64,000 bases of DNA, taken from positions 52,218,401 through 52,282,400 of the forward strand of contig NC_057728.1 of assembly GCF_004010195.1 (NCBI RefSeq). Direction: 5' to 3'. This DNA is from Chiloscyllium plagiosum (Eukaryota). The notes beneath the pieces were generated by a model. The model ran no database searches, was not told the origin of the DNA, and was given only the letters and a program-made list of their open reading frames with translations. Position numbers and translations under genes: made by a program. Each line of letters starts with the position of its first letter. Position 1 is the first letter of the stretch. Below are positions 37,629 through 49,987 of the stretch, one piece after another.

Positions 37629-38756
37629 CTCCTGTTCCCTGGATGCTGCCTGACCTGCTGTGCTGTTCCAGCAATAAAGTTTCCCCTTATAGGAGTGCCT
37701 AGGACAAGAGGGCACAATCTCAGAGTAAGCGGTCACCCATTTAAAGCAAAGATGAGGATTTGTTTTAAAATCTGGATTTCTTCACTGCAGTGGGCTGTAG
37801 AGGGTGGGTTGTTAATTATATACAAAGCTGAGGTAGACACTATTAGTCAATAAGGATATCAAGGTTTATAGGGAGAAGGCTGGAAAATGGAGTTGAAGGT
37901 TATCGGATCAGCCATGATTACATTAAATAGAGGAGTAGCCTCGATGGACCAAATGGACTATTTCTGATCCAACATCTTAGGGTTATCAAATACTTGGGAG
38001 AGAATTCCTGCGAAGAGATTTCTCCTCAGTCTTACATTGCTGTTCCTGCACCTGCCTCTTGGTTGGTTGCCTGAACAGCATAAGTTAAAAATTACTCCTT
38101 TATTGTATTCTTTGAACAAATTTCTCATATCAGTCTTTTGCAATTTGGAGCCAAGAACAACTTACATTTTTATAATGCCTTTAACATTAATACCTGTAAA
38201 CTGATGACCACTTATATTTAAAAGGAAAAGGGCAGCAGATACATCAGAACACCAACACCACTTGCAAGTTCCTTTTCAAGCCCTCCACCATCCTGACTTG
38301 GAAATAAGAACTAGGAGCAGGAGGAGGCTGCCTGTCCCTTTGAGCCTGCTTCACTATCCAGTAAGATCATGGCTGATTTTTTTTCATGAACTCAGATCTA
38401 CTTACTCACGTTCTCACCATATACCTTAATTTCTTTATTGTTCAAAAAATCTTAGCTTTAAAAATTTTACTGAAGTAGCGTTAACTACTTCACTGGGCAA
38501 ACAATTCCATAGATTTACAACCCTCTGGGTGAAGAAGTTCCTTCTCAATTCAGTTCTAAATCTGTTCCCTATAATCTTGAGGCTATGCCCTCTTGTCCTA
38601 GTTTCACCTGCCAGTGGAAACATCTTCTCTCCTATCTTATCTATTCCCTTCTTAATTTTATAAGATTTGGAGATGCTGGTGTTGGACTTGGGTATACAAC
38701 ATTAAAAATCACACCAGGTTATTGTCCAACAGGTTCATTTGGAAGCACTAGCTTTT

Positions 38757-41370
38757 AGAACATAGAAAAGTACAGCACAGAAGAATAGGCCCTTTGGCCC
38801 ATGATGTTGTGCTGAGATTTAATCCTAATGTAAAATATAGTAACAAGCTACGCACCCCTCAACTCATTGCTATCCATGTGCATGTCCAGCAGTCTCTTAA
38901 ATGTCCCCAATTACTTTGCTTCCACCACCACAGCTGACAGCGCATTCCATACCCCTGACGTCTCCTTTGTACTTTCCTCCTAATATCTTCAAGCTATGAC
39001 TTCTCTTACCAGTCAATCCTGCCCTGGGGAAAAGTCTCTGGATATTGACTATTCCTCTCACTATTTTGTACGCCTCGATCAGGTCTCCTCTCTTCCTCCT
39101 CTCCAGAGAGAAAAGTCTGAGCTTATTCAACATTTCTTCATAAGGCAAGCCCTCCAATCCAGGCAGCATCCTGGTAAACCTTCTTTGCACCCTCTCTAAA
39201 GCCTCTTGTATCTTTCCTATAGTGGGGCGACCAGAACTGGACACAATATTCAAAGTGTGGTCTCACCAGGGACTTGTAGAGCTGCAGCAAAACCTTGCAG
39301 CTGTTAAATTCGATCCCCCTGTTAATGAAAGCCAAAACACCATGTGCTTTCTTACCAACCCTATCCACTTGGGTGGCAACTTTGAGGGATCTATGTACTT
39401 GCACACCCAGATCCCTCTGTTCCTCCACACTGCCAAGAATCCTGTCTTTAATCCTATTTTCAGCATTCGAGATCGACCTTCCAAAATGCACCACTTCGCA
39501 TTTATCCAGGTTGAACTCCATCTGCCATTTCTCAGCCCAGCTCTGCATCCTGTCTATGTCACGCTGCAACCTGCAGTAGTACTCTATACTATCAACGACA
39601 CCTCCAATCTTTGTGTCATCTGCAAATTTACTAACCCACCCCTCAACCTCCTCAGTCAAGTCATTTATAAAAACTACAAAGAGTAGAGGCCCACGAACAG
39701 TGCCCTGTGGGACCCCACTCAACACTGACCTCCAGGCAAAATACTTCCCATCTACAACCACTCTCTGCCTTCTGTCAGCCAGCCAGCCAATTCTGAATCC
39801 AGATAGCCAAATCTCTCTGTATCCCATACTTCCTGACTTTATGAATGAGCCTACATGGGGAACCCTATCAAATGCCTTGCTGAAGTCCATATGCACCACA
39901 TCCACTGCTCGACTGTCGTTGACCTGTCTTGACACCTCCTCAAAGAACTCAATAAGATTTGTGAAGCATGACCTGCCCCTCACAAAGCCATGCTGACTGC
40001 CTTTAATCACACTATGCTTTGCCAAATAGTCATAAATTCTATCCCTCAGAATTCTTTCCAAAACTCTGCTGACCACAGACGTAAGACTGACTGGTCTGTA
40101 ATTGCCAGGGATTTCCCTATTACCTTTCTTGAAAAGAGGAACAACATTCGCCTCCTTCCAATCCTCTGGTACGACTCCTGTGGAGAGTGAGGAGGCAAAT
40201 ATCCTTGCCAGCGGCTTAGCAACCTCCTTTCTCGCTTCACGGAGCAGCCTAGGATAAATCTGGTCTGGCCCTGGGGACTTATCAATCTTAATGTTTCCAA
40301 AATTTGTAGCACATCAATTTCATCAATCTTGATCTGGTCAAGACTGTATCCCAGCTTCTCTAAGTTTTCATTTACAACAATTTCCCTTTCCTTGGTGAAA
40401 ATCGAAGCGAAAAACTCATTTAGGACTTCCCCTATCTGCTCAGACTCCACACACAAGATCCCTACGCTATCCCTGATTGGCCCTACCTTCTCCCTGATCA
40501 TTCTCTTATTCCTCACATATGAGTAAAATGTCTTTGAGTTCTCCTTAATCCTTCTTGACAAGCCTTTTTCGTGCCCCATCCTGGCTCTCCTCAGTCCAGT
40601 TTTGAGCTCCTTTCTAGCTAGCCTGTAATCCTCTAAAGCTGTGCTAGATCCTTGCTTCCTCCACCTTACATAAGCTGCCTTCTTCCTTTTGACGAGAAGT
40701 TCCTCTGTTCTCATCATCCAAGGTTCCTTAACTTACCCGTTCTTACCTGTCTCAGAGGAACAAATTTGTGCATCACTTGCAACAACTGTTTCTTAGTCTC
40801 CATATGTCTGCTGTGCCCTTTCTGTGGAACAATTGCTCCCAGTCTGTACTTCCCAAGTCCTGTCTGATAGCGTCATAATTTCCTTTTCCTCAATTAAATA
40901 TCTTCTGTCAGTAACTGCTCCTTTCACTCTCCAAGTCTATGCTAAATGTGAGGCAGTTGTGATCACTTTCACCAAGGTGCTCTCCCACCGCGAGATCTGA
41001 CATCTGTCCTGGCTCGTTGCAGAGCACCAAATCCAAAATGGCCTCTCCCCTTGTTGGTCTGTCTACATACTGAGTAAGGAAACCCTCCTGAACAATCTGA
41101 CAAAAACGGCTCCATCCAAACCATCTGCACTTAGGAGGTTCCAGTCGATATTGGGAAAGTTGAAATCACAGTTGAAACTTTAACAACAACCCTGCTACTT
41201 TTGCATTTTTCCGGAATCTGCTCGCCTATGAGATCTTCAATCTCTCTACTGCTATTAGGTGGTTTGTAGAAAACCCCCAAGGTGATGGCTGTTCCCTTGC
41301 TGTTCCTAACTTCCACCCATACTTCCTCAACAACCTTCGTTTCTGTAGCTGTGATACACTCTCTGATTAG
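38757..41370 (-). mobile_element. Relatively young CR1 LINE ORF2 (frameshifted)
   Basis: 312-aa RT ORF 39138-40076 (SQHGFVRGRSC, DFSKAFD, SGVPQG, KFADDTK); EN remnant near 41300. Confidence 0.92.
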
Positions 41371-41407
41371 CACCTGATGAAGGAGCAGCGCTCCGAAAGC
41401 TAGTGCT
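41369..41407 (+). ncRNA. Minimal type I hammerhead ribozyme motif, family C (intact)
   Basis: agcac-CTGATGA-A-GGAGC(AGC)GCTCC-GAA-AGCT-A-gtgct; 5-bp stems I and II, AGCT palindrome. Confidence 0.75.
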
Positions 41408-41781
41408 TCCACATAAACCTGTTGGACTATAACCTGGTGTTGTGTGATTTTTAACTTAATTTTATATGCTTTGATAAGATTCCCACTCATTCTTCTGAAT
41501 TCCAATGAATATAATCCCAGTCTACTCAGTCTCTCTTCATTAGCCAACCCCTTCAACTCCGGAATCAACCTAGTGAGCCTCCTCTGCACTCCCTCCAGTG
41601 CCAGTACATCCTTTCTCAAGTATGTACATAGTACTCCAGGTGTGGCCTCACCAGCATTCTGTACAGCTGCAACATAACCTTCCTGCTTTTAAACTCAATC
41701 CCTTTAGCAATGAAGGGCAAAATTCCATTGCTTTGCTAATTACTTGTTGTACCTGCAGACCAACCTTTTGTGATTCATGCT

Positions 41782-42505
41782 GAAAATGTGTTGCTGGAAA
41801 AGCGGAGCAGGTCAGGCAGCATCCAAGGAGCAGGAGAATCGACTTTCCGCCACTTCCAAACGGACCCCACCACCAGGGATATATTTCCCTCCCCTCCCCT
41901 ATCAGCGTTTCAAAAAAACCACTCCCTCCATGACTCCCTTGTCAGGTCCACACCCCCCACCAACCCAACCTCCACTCCCGGCACCTTTCCCTGCAACCGC
42001 AAGAAATGCAAAACTTGCACCCACACCTCCCCCCTTACTTCCCTCCAAGGCCCCAAGGACCATAGCAACATGACGGCTGGAGGAAGAGTGCCTCATCTTC
42101 GGCCTAGGAACCCTCCAACCACAAGGGATGAACTCAGATTTCTCCAGTTTCCTCATTTCCCCTCTCCCCACCTTGTCTCAGTCCCAACTCTCGAACTCAG
42201 CACCACCTCCCTAACCTGCAATCTTTTTCCTGACCTCTCCGCCTCCACCCCCACTCCGGCCTATCACCCTCACCTTAACCTCCTTCCACCTATCGCACTT
42301 CCAAAACGCCTCCCCCAAGTCCCTCCTCCCTACCTTTTATCTTAGCCTGCTTGGCACACCCTCCTATTCCTGAAGAAGGGCTCATGCCCGAAAAGTCGAT
42401 TCTTCTGCTCCTTGGATGCTGCCTGACCTGCTGCGTTTTTCCAGCAACACATTTTCAGCTCTGATCTCCAGCAGCTGCAGTCTTCACTTTCTCTTAGAAG
42501 ATTTC
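41782..42505 (+). mobile_element. Penelope-like element (family A) with inverted 5' terminus
   Basis: SLHDSLVRS..GTFPCNRKKCKTC coding remnant; terminus with hammerhead-like motif at 42370; TGTGATTCATGCT duplicated at both sides. Confidence 0.85.
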
Positions 42506-44659
42506 TGTGATTCATGCTCAAGGACATCCAAATCCCTCTGCATAGCAACATGCTGCAACTTTTTACCATTCAAATAATAATCATTTTCACTGTTACTCCT
42601 ACCAAAATGGATGCCTTCACATTTATTAACATTGTATTCCATCTGCCAGATCTTTGCCTATTCACTCAAAGTATCTATGTTCCTCTGGAAAGTTTCACAG
42701 TCCTCTGCACACTTTGCTCTGCCACTCATCTCAGTATCATCCGCAAACTTTGACACACTACACGTGGTCTCAACTCCAAATCACCTATATAAATTATGAA
42801 TAATTGTGGTCTCAACACCGATCCCTGAGGCACATCACTCGTCACTGATTGCCAGCCCGAAAGCACTCATTTATTCCCACCTTTTGCTTCCTGTTAGTCA
42901 ACCAATGCTCTATCGATGCTAATACTTTACTCGTAATGCCATGCATGACCTGCCCTTCATGAACCCATGCTGCATCGGCCCAATGGGACAATTTTTATAG
43001 AGATGCCTTGTTATTTCTTCCTTGATAATAGATTCAAGCATCTTCCCCATAGAAGTTAAGCTATAATTATAATTAAGTTATAATTATAATTAAGCTATGA
43101 TTAAGTTATAATTCCCCATCTTTTGTCTACCTCCATTTTTAAACAGTGGTGTCACATTTGTTTTCTAATCTGCTGGGACTGCCCCAGAATGCAGCAAATT
43201 TTGGAAAATTACTACCAGTGTACATACTATTTCTCCCGCCATATCTTTTAGTACCTTGGGATGCATTCCATCAGGGTCAGGAGACTTGTCTCTCCTTAGC
43301 TCCATTAGCTTGCCCAACACTACCTCTTTCATAATAATGATTGTTTCCAGATCCTCACCTACCTTCATGTCTTTGTCAATTATTGGCAGGTTATTAGTGT
43401 CCTCTACTGTGAAGTCTGACACAAAATACCTATTCAGTGCCTTGGCCATTTCAGCATATCCCATAACTAAATGCCCCTTCTCCTCCTCTAAAGAACCAAT
43501 ATTTACTTTAGCCACTCTTTTTCATTTTATATATTTATGGATTTATAAATATACCAACATTCCTTCAGTGTGACTGGGTCAAAGTCCTGGCACTCTCTCC
43601 CCAATGGCATTGTGAGTGTACCTACACCACATGGATTGGTGTTAGAAGTCAGCTCACCACCACAACCTCAAGGGCAAGTAGGAATGGACAATAAATGCTG
43701 GCCTAGTCAGTGATAAATGCCATGAATGAATTTAAAAAAACATTGCAGGAACACTATCAAATAAACTTAACACTGGAAACACAAGCATATATTTGGACAT
43801 GTGGTCAAAAGTTAAATCATTTTTAAGGAACTTATTGAAGCTGTAGAGATTCAAAAAGACGTTGGGAAGGAAATTCTAACACTTAAAGGCCAGGCAGCTG
43901 AAAGTAGAGTTGCCATTCATTATGTGATTATGGATCATGCAAGAAGCCAGAACTGGACAATTGCAGATGTCTTTTGTAGAAGAGCTCTTATAGCGGTGGT
44001 GTCCTTACATCTAAGTCCCACATGCTCCACAGGTGTACAAAATTAATGTATTGATTGATTAAAAATATCTAGAAACTTTGTAGGGCTGGAGGAGGTTAAC
44101 AGAGACAGAGGACGACCATGGAGGGATTTAATAATAAAGACGAATATTGCTGGACTGGGGATTACATGCTCCAACTCATGTTTCTCTCTCTTGTCTAACT
44201 AGTTTGCTCTTTATGTAATTTACAGGATTAATTTCTGCATCAACTATGCATTAAGCAAAGATTGGACACTGGAACAGCAAATCTAACACAACTGATTATG
44301 AATGTTGCTGACAAAAGATATATTTAGTTAAAACCTTGTCTTTCACTCATGTGGACAATTCACAAGAAATACCAATATAAAAGGAAAATAGTATTTGATA
44401 CTGTATCACAGAATTGATATGGTACAGAAGGTAGCCATTATGTCTATCATATCGATAATGGCTTTCTGACCATTAGTGCCAATCACATATTTTTCCCCGT
44501 ACCCTCCATGCTTTTTCTGTTTAAGTAACTACTCAATGACTTCTTGAATGCTTCAATTGAACCTGCCTCCACTTCATGACAGTGCATTCGAAACTCAAAT
44601 AATTTATTGCAAGGTTTTCTCAACTCACCATTTCTTCTGATGAAAATATTTTAAAAGTA

Positions 44660-45195
44660 TTTTGGAATATTGTGTGCAATTCTTGTCTCCCTCCTATCTG
44701 AAGGATATTGTGAAACTTGAAAGGGTTCAGAAAGGATTTACAAGGATATTTCCAGGATTGGAGGATTTGAGCTATGGGGAGAGGCTGAATAGTCTGGGGC
44801 TGTTTTCCCTGGAGCATCAGAGGTTGAGGAGTGACCTTATAGAGGCTTATAAAATTATGAGGTGCATGGATAGGGTAAATAGACAAGAATGGGGGAGTCC
44901 AGAACTAGACAGCGCAGTTTTAGGTGAGAGGGGAAAGATTTAAAAGGAATCTAAGGGGCAATTTGCTCAAGCAGAGGGTAGCGCATGTATGGAATGAGCT
45001 GCCAGAGGAAGTGGTGGAGGCTGGTACAATTACAACATTTAAAAAGCATCTGGATGGGTTCACGAATAAGAAGGGTTTACAGGGATATGGGCCAAGTGGT
45101 GGCAAATGGAACTAGATTAATTTAGGATATCTTGTTGGCATGGACGAGTTGGACCGAAGGATCTGTTTCCGTGCTGTACATATCTATGACTATAA
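44660..45195 (+). mobile_element. CR1 3' end
   Basis: LEYCVQF.SP..KDIVKLERVQ; WNELPEEVVEAG. Confidence 0.88.
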
Positions 45196-46254
45196 CTGTG
45201 CCCTTTGGTTTTCAAAACTTTTATGAGGAGAGTGCTGATCGGTTAGAAAGTGGACTCTGATAGTTACTACTTAAGATTACTTACCAAGCAATCAGTACAG
45301 TCATACAGTATCCGATCACTGTCAACTACCTTAGTTGTTTGTCATCCAGAAATTTTTGACTCAAGCATCATAGCTCAGTTGTTAGAGTACTAGCCTTGAC
45401 AATGAGTGGTCATGTGTTGGTACCTTTCTGGATTTATATAACCTCTAATTAAAAACAAATGTATTGGAGGAAAGCAAACATTATAGCCCCTTGTGGTGAT
45501 GTGGTAGTGTCCCTGTCACTGGATCAACAGTCTGGGTTCATGTCCAATCTGCTCCAGAGATGCCATTATGTTTAAGCAGGTTATATTATTTTCTCACTTT
45601 TCAATTAGTACTTCTTGTGAATTGTTCTATTGCCATTAAGATGAGAAGCTTTGACAAAATGTCTTTTTTTCCCAAGAACGGTCAAGTTCTGTTCTCCCAA
45701 ATTATTATTTATACAACTGAATGTGATTTTTATTTTACTGCAGTCAGCCTTTTCTGACTCAACTTACCAGCCACTATCTCCATTAACATAGATCCAGTAT
45801 TCCAGACATCGCAGCAGTTTATTAATACCCTTTAACGAAACTTACGCACAGTGGATGAATTCCTGCTCTTGGAATGTACATTAAGCGGAGTCAATCACTG
45901 AAGAATGTAAAATGTTGCACAACTGAATGTAATTTTCATATGGTTTAATAATGTGTAGTCTGGGGGCCCTCTTGCTTCACAGTGATAGTACTCCTACCCC
46001 TGGTTTAAATCCCCAGGGGCGTGTAATAACATCTCGGAACAGGTTGTGTAGAAATATAGGTTTAAAAAAAAGTCCAGCCTTTCGCTACATTGCCTAATAG
46101 AGCAGTCATTAGAGAATTTTACTGCAAAAAAAAAGCCATTTAATCTTTGATCCAACTCTCCAATTAAAATTTTGTTTGCATTCATGAAATGGAAGTAAAT
46201 ATCGAGCAATTCTCATTGACCTTCCTGCCACAGGCAATCAATACAGCAATTCAG

Positions 46255-46430
46255 GAGCTTGCACATGCGCGTGCTGGTCCCCGGAAGTGTGGACGGACGC
46301 GGGCGGTCGTTATGGCAACGCGGGGTGATTGACGGGAGGGAAGCCGCCAGGTGAGCCATTGGCTAGCGACAGGTGAGTGCGAGGGTGGACCAGACCAGAC
46401 CAGGCCTGGCTCCACTTGACCAGGTAAGCT
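46255..46430 (+). promoter_or_regulatory. caps2: CAPS2 CpG promoter and non-coding first exon(s)
   Basis: NRF1-like TGCACATGCGC (46260), ETS CCGGAAGT (46281), GC box (46301), RFX X-box GTCGTTATGGCAAC (46306-46319); 5' splice sites at 46351, 46373 and 46424. Confidence 0.8.
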
Positions 46431-46572
46431 GGCACATCAGCTTGATCACCAAATTCCCTGACCAGTTTCAGAGCTTTCCGATGTTCGGTTCAATCTTTCA
46501 AAAGTCATTTTGTTCTTGCAAATGAAAAATCCCACTTAAACCGTTTGTAATGGCTTATTTTTACAGCTTTAA

Positions 46573-46638
46573 ATGGATCTGGAAGTTAAAGGCATCGGCA
46601 CAACATCAAGGCATTCGACACGCCAGAAGTCTGCACAG
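46573..46638 (+). CDS. caps2: Calcyphosin-2, first coding exon
   Basis: Acceptor ttttacAG at 46566. MDLEVKGIGTTSRHSTRQKSAQ matches the human CAPS2 start MDLEVKGVAATSRS. Donor GTAAAA, phase 0. Confidence 0.92.
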
Positions 46639-47221
46639 GTAAAACCCCAACAGGTGTCTAGATCCGAGTTGTTTCTTTCCGACTCCCCGGAATAAAATAT
46701 TTCCACATTAAAACTACTGTGGGGTCGCAATTTGTGTGGTCAGAGATCAAGCTGACAACTGGACTGTTTCTTGCCCCACTTTCATAAATCGGTGACTGGA
46801 AATTTTAAAACAAGCTTCTCGAGACTACCCAACAGGCCTCTGAAGAGAGAAGCAACAACAGTTTGTATTTACTTAGAATCTTGTAAAAAAGCTTCACAGG
46901 ACCATTGCCAGATTTAATATAGTCACTTGGCCACATAAGGATATTTTGCAACTAAGAACATAAATGACTCTGGCCTAGCAGCATCTGAAAAGAAAGGAAC
47001 AAATTTAATGTTTTGAGTCCAATGTAATTCTTTTGGATCTAAAGGGAGATGGAAATATGATGAGCTTTATGTTATTGTAAATGGCAGGAAGGTCAATGAG
47101 AATAAATAGGAATTTTAGAGGCAGGAGAGACTAAATAAAGGCAGAGCAAAGAGGAACAGTTATAGTTGAACTGAAGGAGCAAAAATTGATCCAAAGTAAG
47201 TATTAATGGCAGAATACATAA

Positions 47222-48970
47222 TGTGGGGAGACAGGAGGTGACTGGATTAGTAATTCTGAGACCCAAACTAATGTTCTGGGGACATAGGTTCAAATCCTGC
47301 CATGGCATAAAACACACAACAATACAGCGCAGTACAGGCCATTCGGCCCTCGATGTTGTGCTAACCTTTTATCCTACTCAAATCAGACTAACCCATATAA
47401 ACCTTTCATTGTACTATCTTTCATGTGCCTATCCAAGAGTCACTGAAATGTCCCTAATGTATCTGACTCTACAACCATTGCTGGCAGTGCATTCCATGCA
47501 CCCACCACTCCCTGTGTAAAGAACCTGCCTCTGACATCTCTTAACTTTTCTCCAATCACCTTAAAATTAAGCTTCCAAAATTAGGAAAATTTTAATTCAA
47601 TAAAATGTTGGGATTTAAAACCCATGTCAATGGCTATTGTGTCATTAAAAAAAATCTGGTTGACTCATGTCCTCCAGGGAAAGAAATAGAACCTAGAACT
47701 GTACAGCACAGGAATGGACCCTTCGGCCCATAATGTTGTGCCGAACATGATGCCAAATTAAACTAATCCCTTCTGCCTGTCCTTGGTTCATATCCTTTCA
47801 TTCTGTGCATATTCATGTGTTTATTGTAAAAGTCTCTTGAACGCTCTCTTGTATCTGTCTCCACAACCACCTCTGGCAGCATGTTTCATACTCCTATCAC
47901 TCTGTGTTTAAAAAAAAAACTTGCCCCTCATATCTCCTTTGAACTTTCTCCCTCTCACCTTAAATGCATTTCACCTAGTTTTAGACATTTTAACTCTGGG
48001 GGAAAAAGATTCTGACTGTCAACCCTACATGTGCATCTCATAATTTTATAAACTTTTATCATGTCTTCCCTCAGCCTTTGCCGCTTCAGAGAAAACAACC
48101 TGAGTTTTTCTTGCTTATCCTTATAATTCATACCCCCTAATCCAGGCAGCATCCTGGTAAGCCTTTTCTGCACCCTCTCCAAAGCCTCTTCCTGTAATGT
48201 GGCAACCAGAATTGAACGCAATACTCCAAGTGTGGCCTAACCAAAGTCTTATAAAGCCGCAACATGACATCTTGATTCTTGCACTCAATTCCTTTACCAA
48301 TAAAGGCAAGGATGCCATATGCCTACTTCACCACCCCATCTACTTACATGGCCACTTTTAGGGAGCTATGGACTTGAACTCCAGGATCCCTCTGTACATC
48401 GGTACTGTGCAGGGTCCTGTCATTAACTGTATACTTTTCCTTAACATTTGATTTCCCAAAGTGCAGGACCTCACACTTACACAGATTAAACTCCATCTGC
48501 CATTTCTTTGCTGATATATACAACTGATCTATATCATACTGTACCCTTTGACAACCTTCTATATGGATAGTGTATTTCCTCTCTTTAGTAACAACATTAG
48601 TTACTTGCCAGTTCTCTGGAATCTCTCCAAAGGCTAATGAGGATACAAAGATCTTGGTAAGGGGCCCCAGCAATCTCTACTCTTGCCTCTTTCAATAACC
48701 TGGGGTAGATACCATTGGGTCCTGGGGACTTATCCACCTTAATGCCCTTCTAGAGACCCATTACCATTTCTTTCTTGATCTCAAAATCTGTCATTCTTAT
48801 TTGCACTGGTCTCAATATGACTCCAGACCAATAGCAATGCGGTTGAACCTGAAGTGGCATCTGAAATGGCAAATGACTGAGCAAGTGTTCTAGTTCATGG
48901 GCCAATTAGGAACAAGAAATGCATTCTGGCCGAAGCAATGACCCCGCATCCCATAAAATGAATTAAAAGA
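47222..48970 (+). mobile_element. Deu-domain SINE (SacSINE1-like) split by two minus-strand CR1 insertions (about 47307-47575 and 47688-48783)
   Basis: tRNA-like head with GGTTCAAATCC B box, Deu-like middle (tgactccagacc..agcaatg.ggttga) and LINE-type tail (gggc.aattagg..catcccat.aaatgaatt). Confidence 0.65.
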
Positions 48971-49987
48971 AGAACTTCTCTATCCTTTCAGGAAAGCCTG
49001 AAGGCAGTAATATGAAAATAAGTTACAGTCTGGCACTTGACAGAAGGAAACAAAGTAGGAAATCGATTTCATGATCTGAAGTTGAACTTAACACTGAGTC
49101 CAGAAAGCTTTGAAGTATCAGAAAGCTGATGAGACGCTGTTCATCAAGCTATTATTGGGCTTCTTTGGAAAGCTGTAGTATGCTTAGGAAAGAAGTGCGA
49201 TGGTGTACTAAAACAGCAAGTGACTGAAGTCCAGTATCATGCCTGAAACTGAACCGAGGTGTTCTATAAAATATTCGGCATTTAGTGTTGAGTGTACAGC
49301 AGACAGCTCTGTGAGCAATGAATACAGAATACAAAACTGAAAAAAAGTACAAGCAAAGCACTGCTTCACCTGGAAGGAGTGTCTGGCTCCTTGGACAATG
49401 AGGAAAGAGGAGATGTTATTCCTCCTGTGATTCTATGGGAGAAGGAGCTAGTAAGTTAGGTGATCAAAGGCTTTGTCAAAAAGATAGATTTTAAAGGGGT
49501 AAGAGTTACAAAAATTAGGAAGGGAGTTTCAGAAGTTAGAGTCTAGCCAGCTTGCGTTTGACCATTTATGATAGGGTGAGAAAAATTGAATATTATGCCA
49601 GCAATTATCCCTCACCTAACAATACTAAAATAGATTATTTGCCAATTGTCATATTCATTTGACTGGCTGTAACATGTTTTAAAGACATACTTTTTTTGAA
49701 AAAATATCCTGTCCCAGGAGACCATAGATTCAAAGTGAATTTGGGGTATTCAAGAATGAGATAGATGCTTCAGATATTAAGGGGTATGGAGTAGAGCAAT
49801 GTGTTTAAAATCAAAAATGCAGAAATTGCCATGGACAAAAAAATTGGAGTGTACTCAATGGGTCAATCCCATTTCTGAGATTTTGTGAAATAAAGTAACA
49901 CAAAATTAAACTTTGTTGGTTAGTATTAGCTTTATAATTGAAAACAAAAACAATAGAGAGCAATGGAGTAATATTTAACCATTAAGG

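Larger units (their letters stand above)
37305..37680. mobile_element. Young Penelope-derived inverted-repeat element
   Basis: 16-bp TSD TTCCCCTTATAGGAGT (37289-37304, 37681-37696); about 148-bp inverted arms 37341-37488 / 37536-37683. Confidence 0.9.
37085..37985 (+). mobile_element. Old CR1 3' fragment hosting a young Penelope insertion
   Basis: LGLYILEFRRMRG..LIPLIG|VPRTRGHNLRV continues across the insert. Confidence 0.75.
38305..43545 (-). mobile_element. Host CR1 LINE with nested insertions
   Basis: CR1 3' end at 38305-38662 resumes at 41455-41781 and 42506-43545. Confidence 0.8.

Noticed and set aside
37192-37853. Overlapping ORFs on both strands with identical peptide segments
   Set aside because: Artefact of the inverted repeat; the CCWKSTAGQAAS-type peptides across the window are translations of the non-coding Penelope terminus.
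39138-40076. 312-aa ORF as a host gene or active reverse transcriptase
   Set aside because: CR1 ORF2 fragment with internal frameshifts; neighbouring parts are in other frames.
43055-43113. AT-rich palindromic repeat (taagttataattataat)
   Set aside because: Local slippage expansion within a CR1 fragment; no sign of function.
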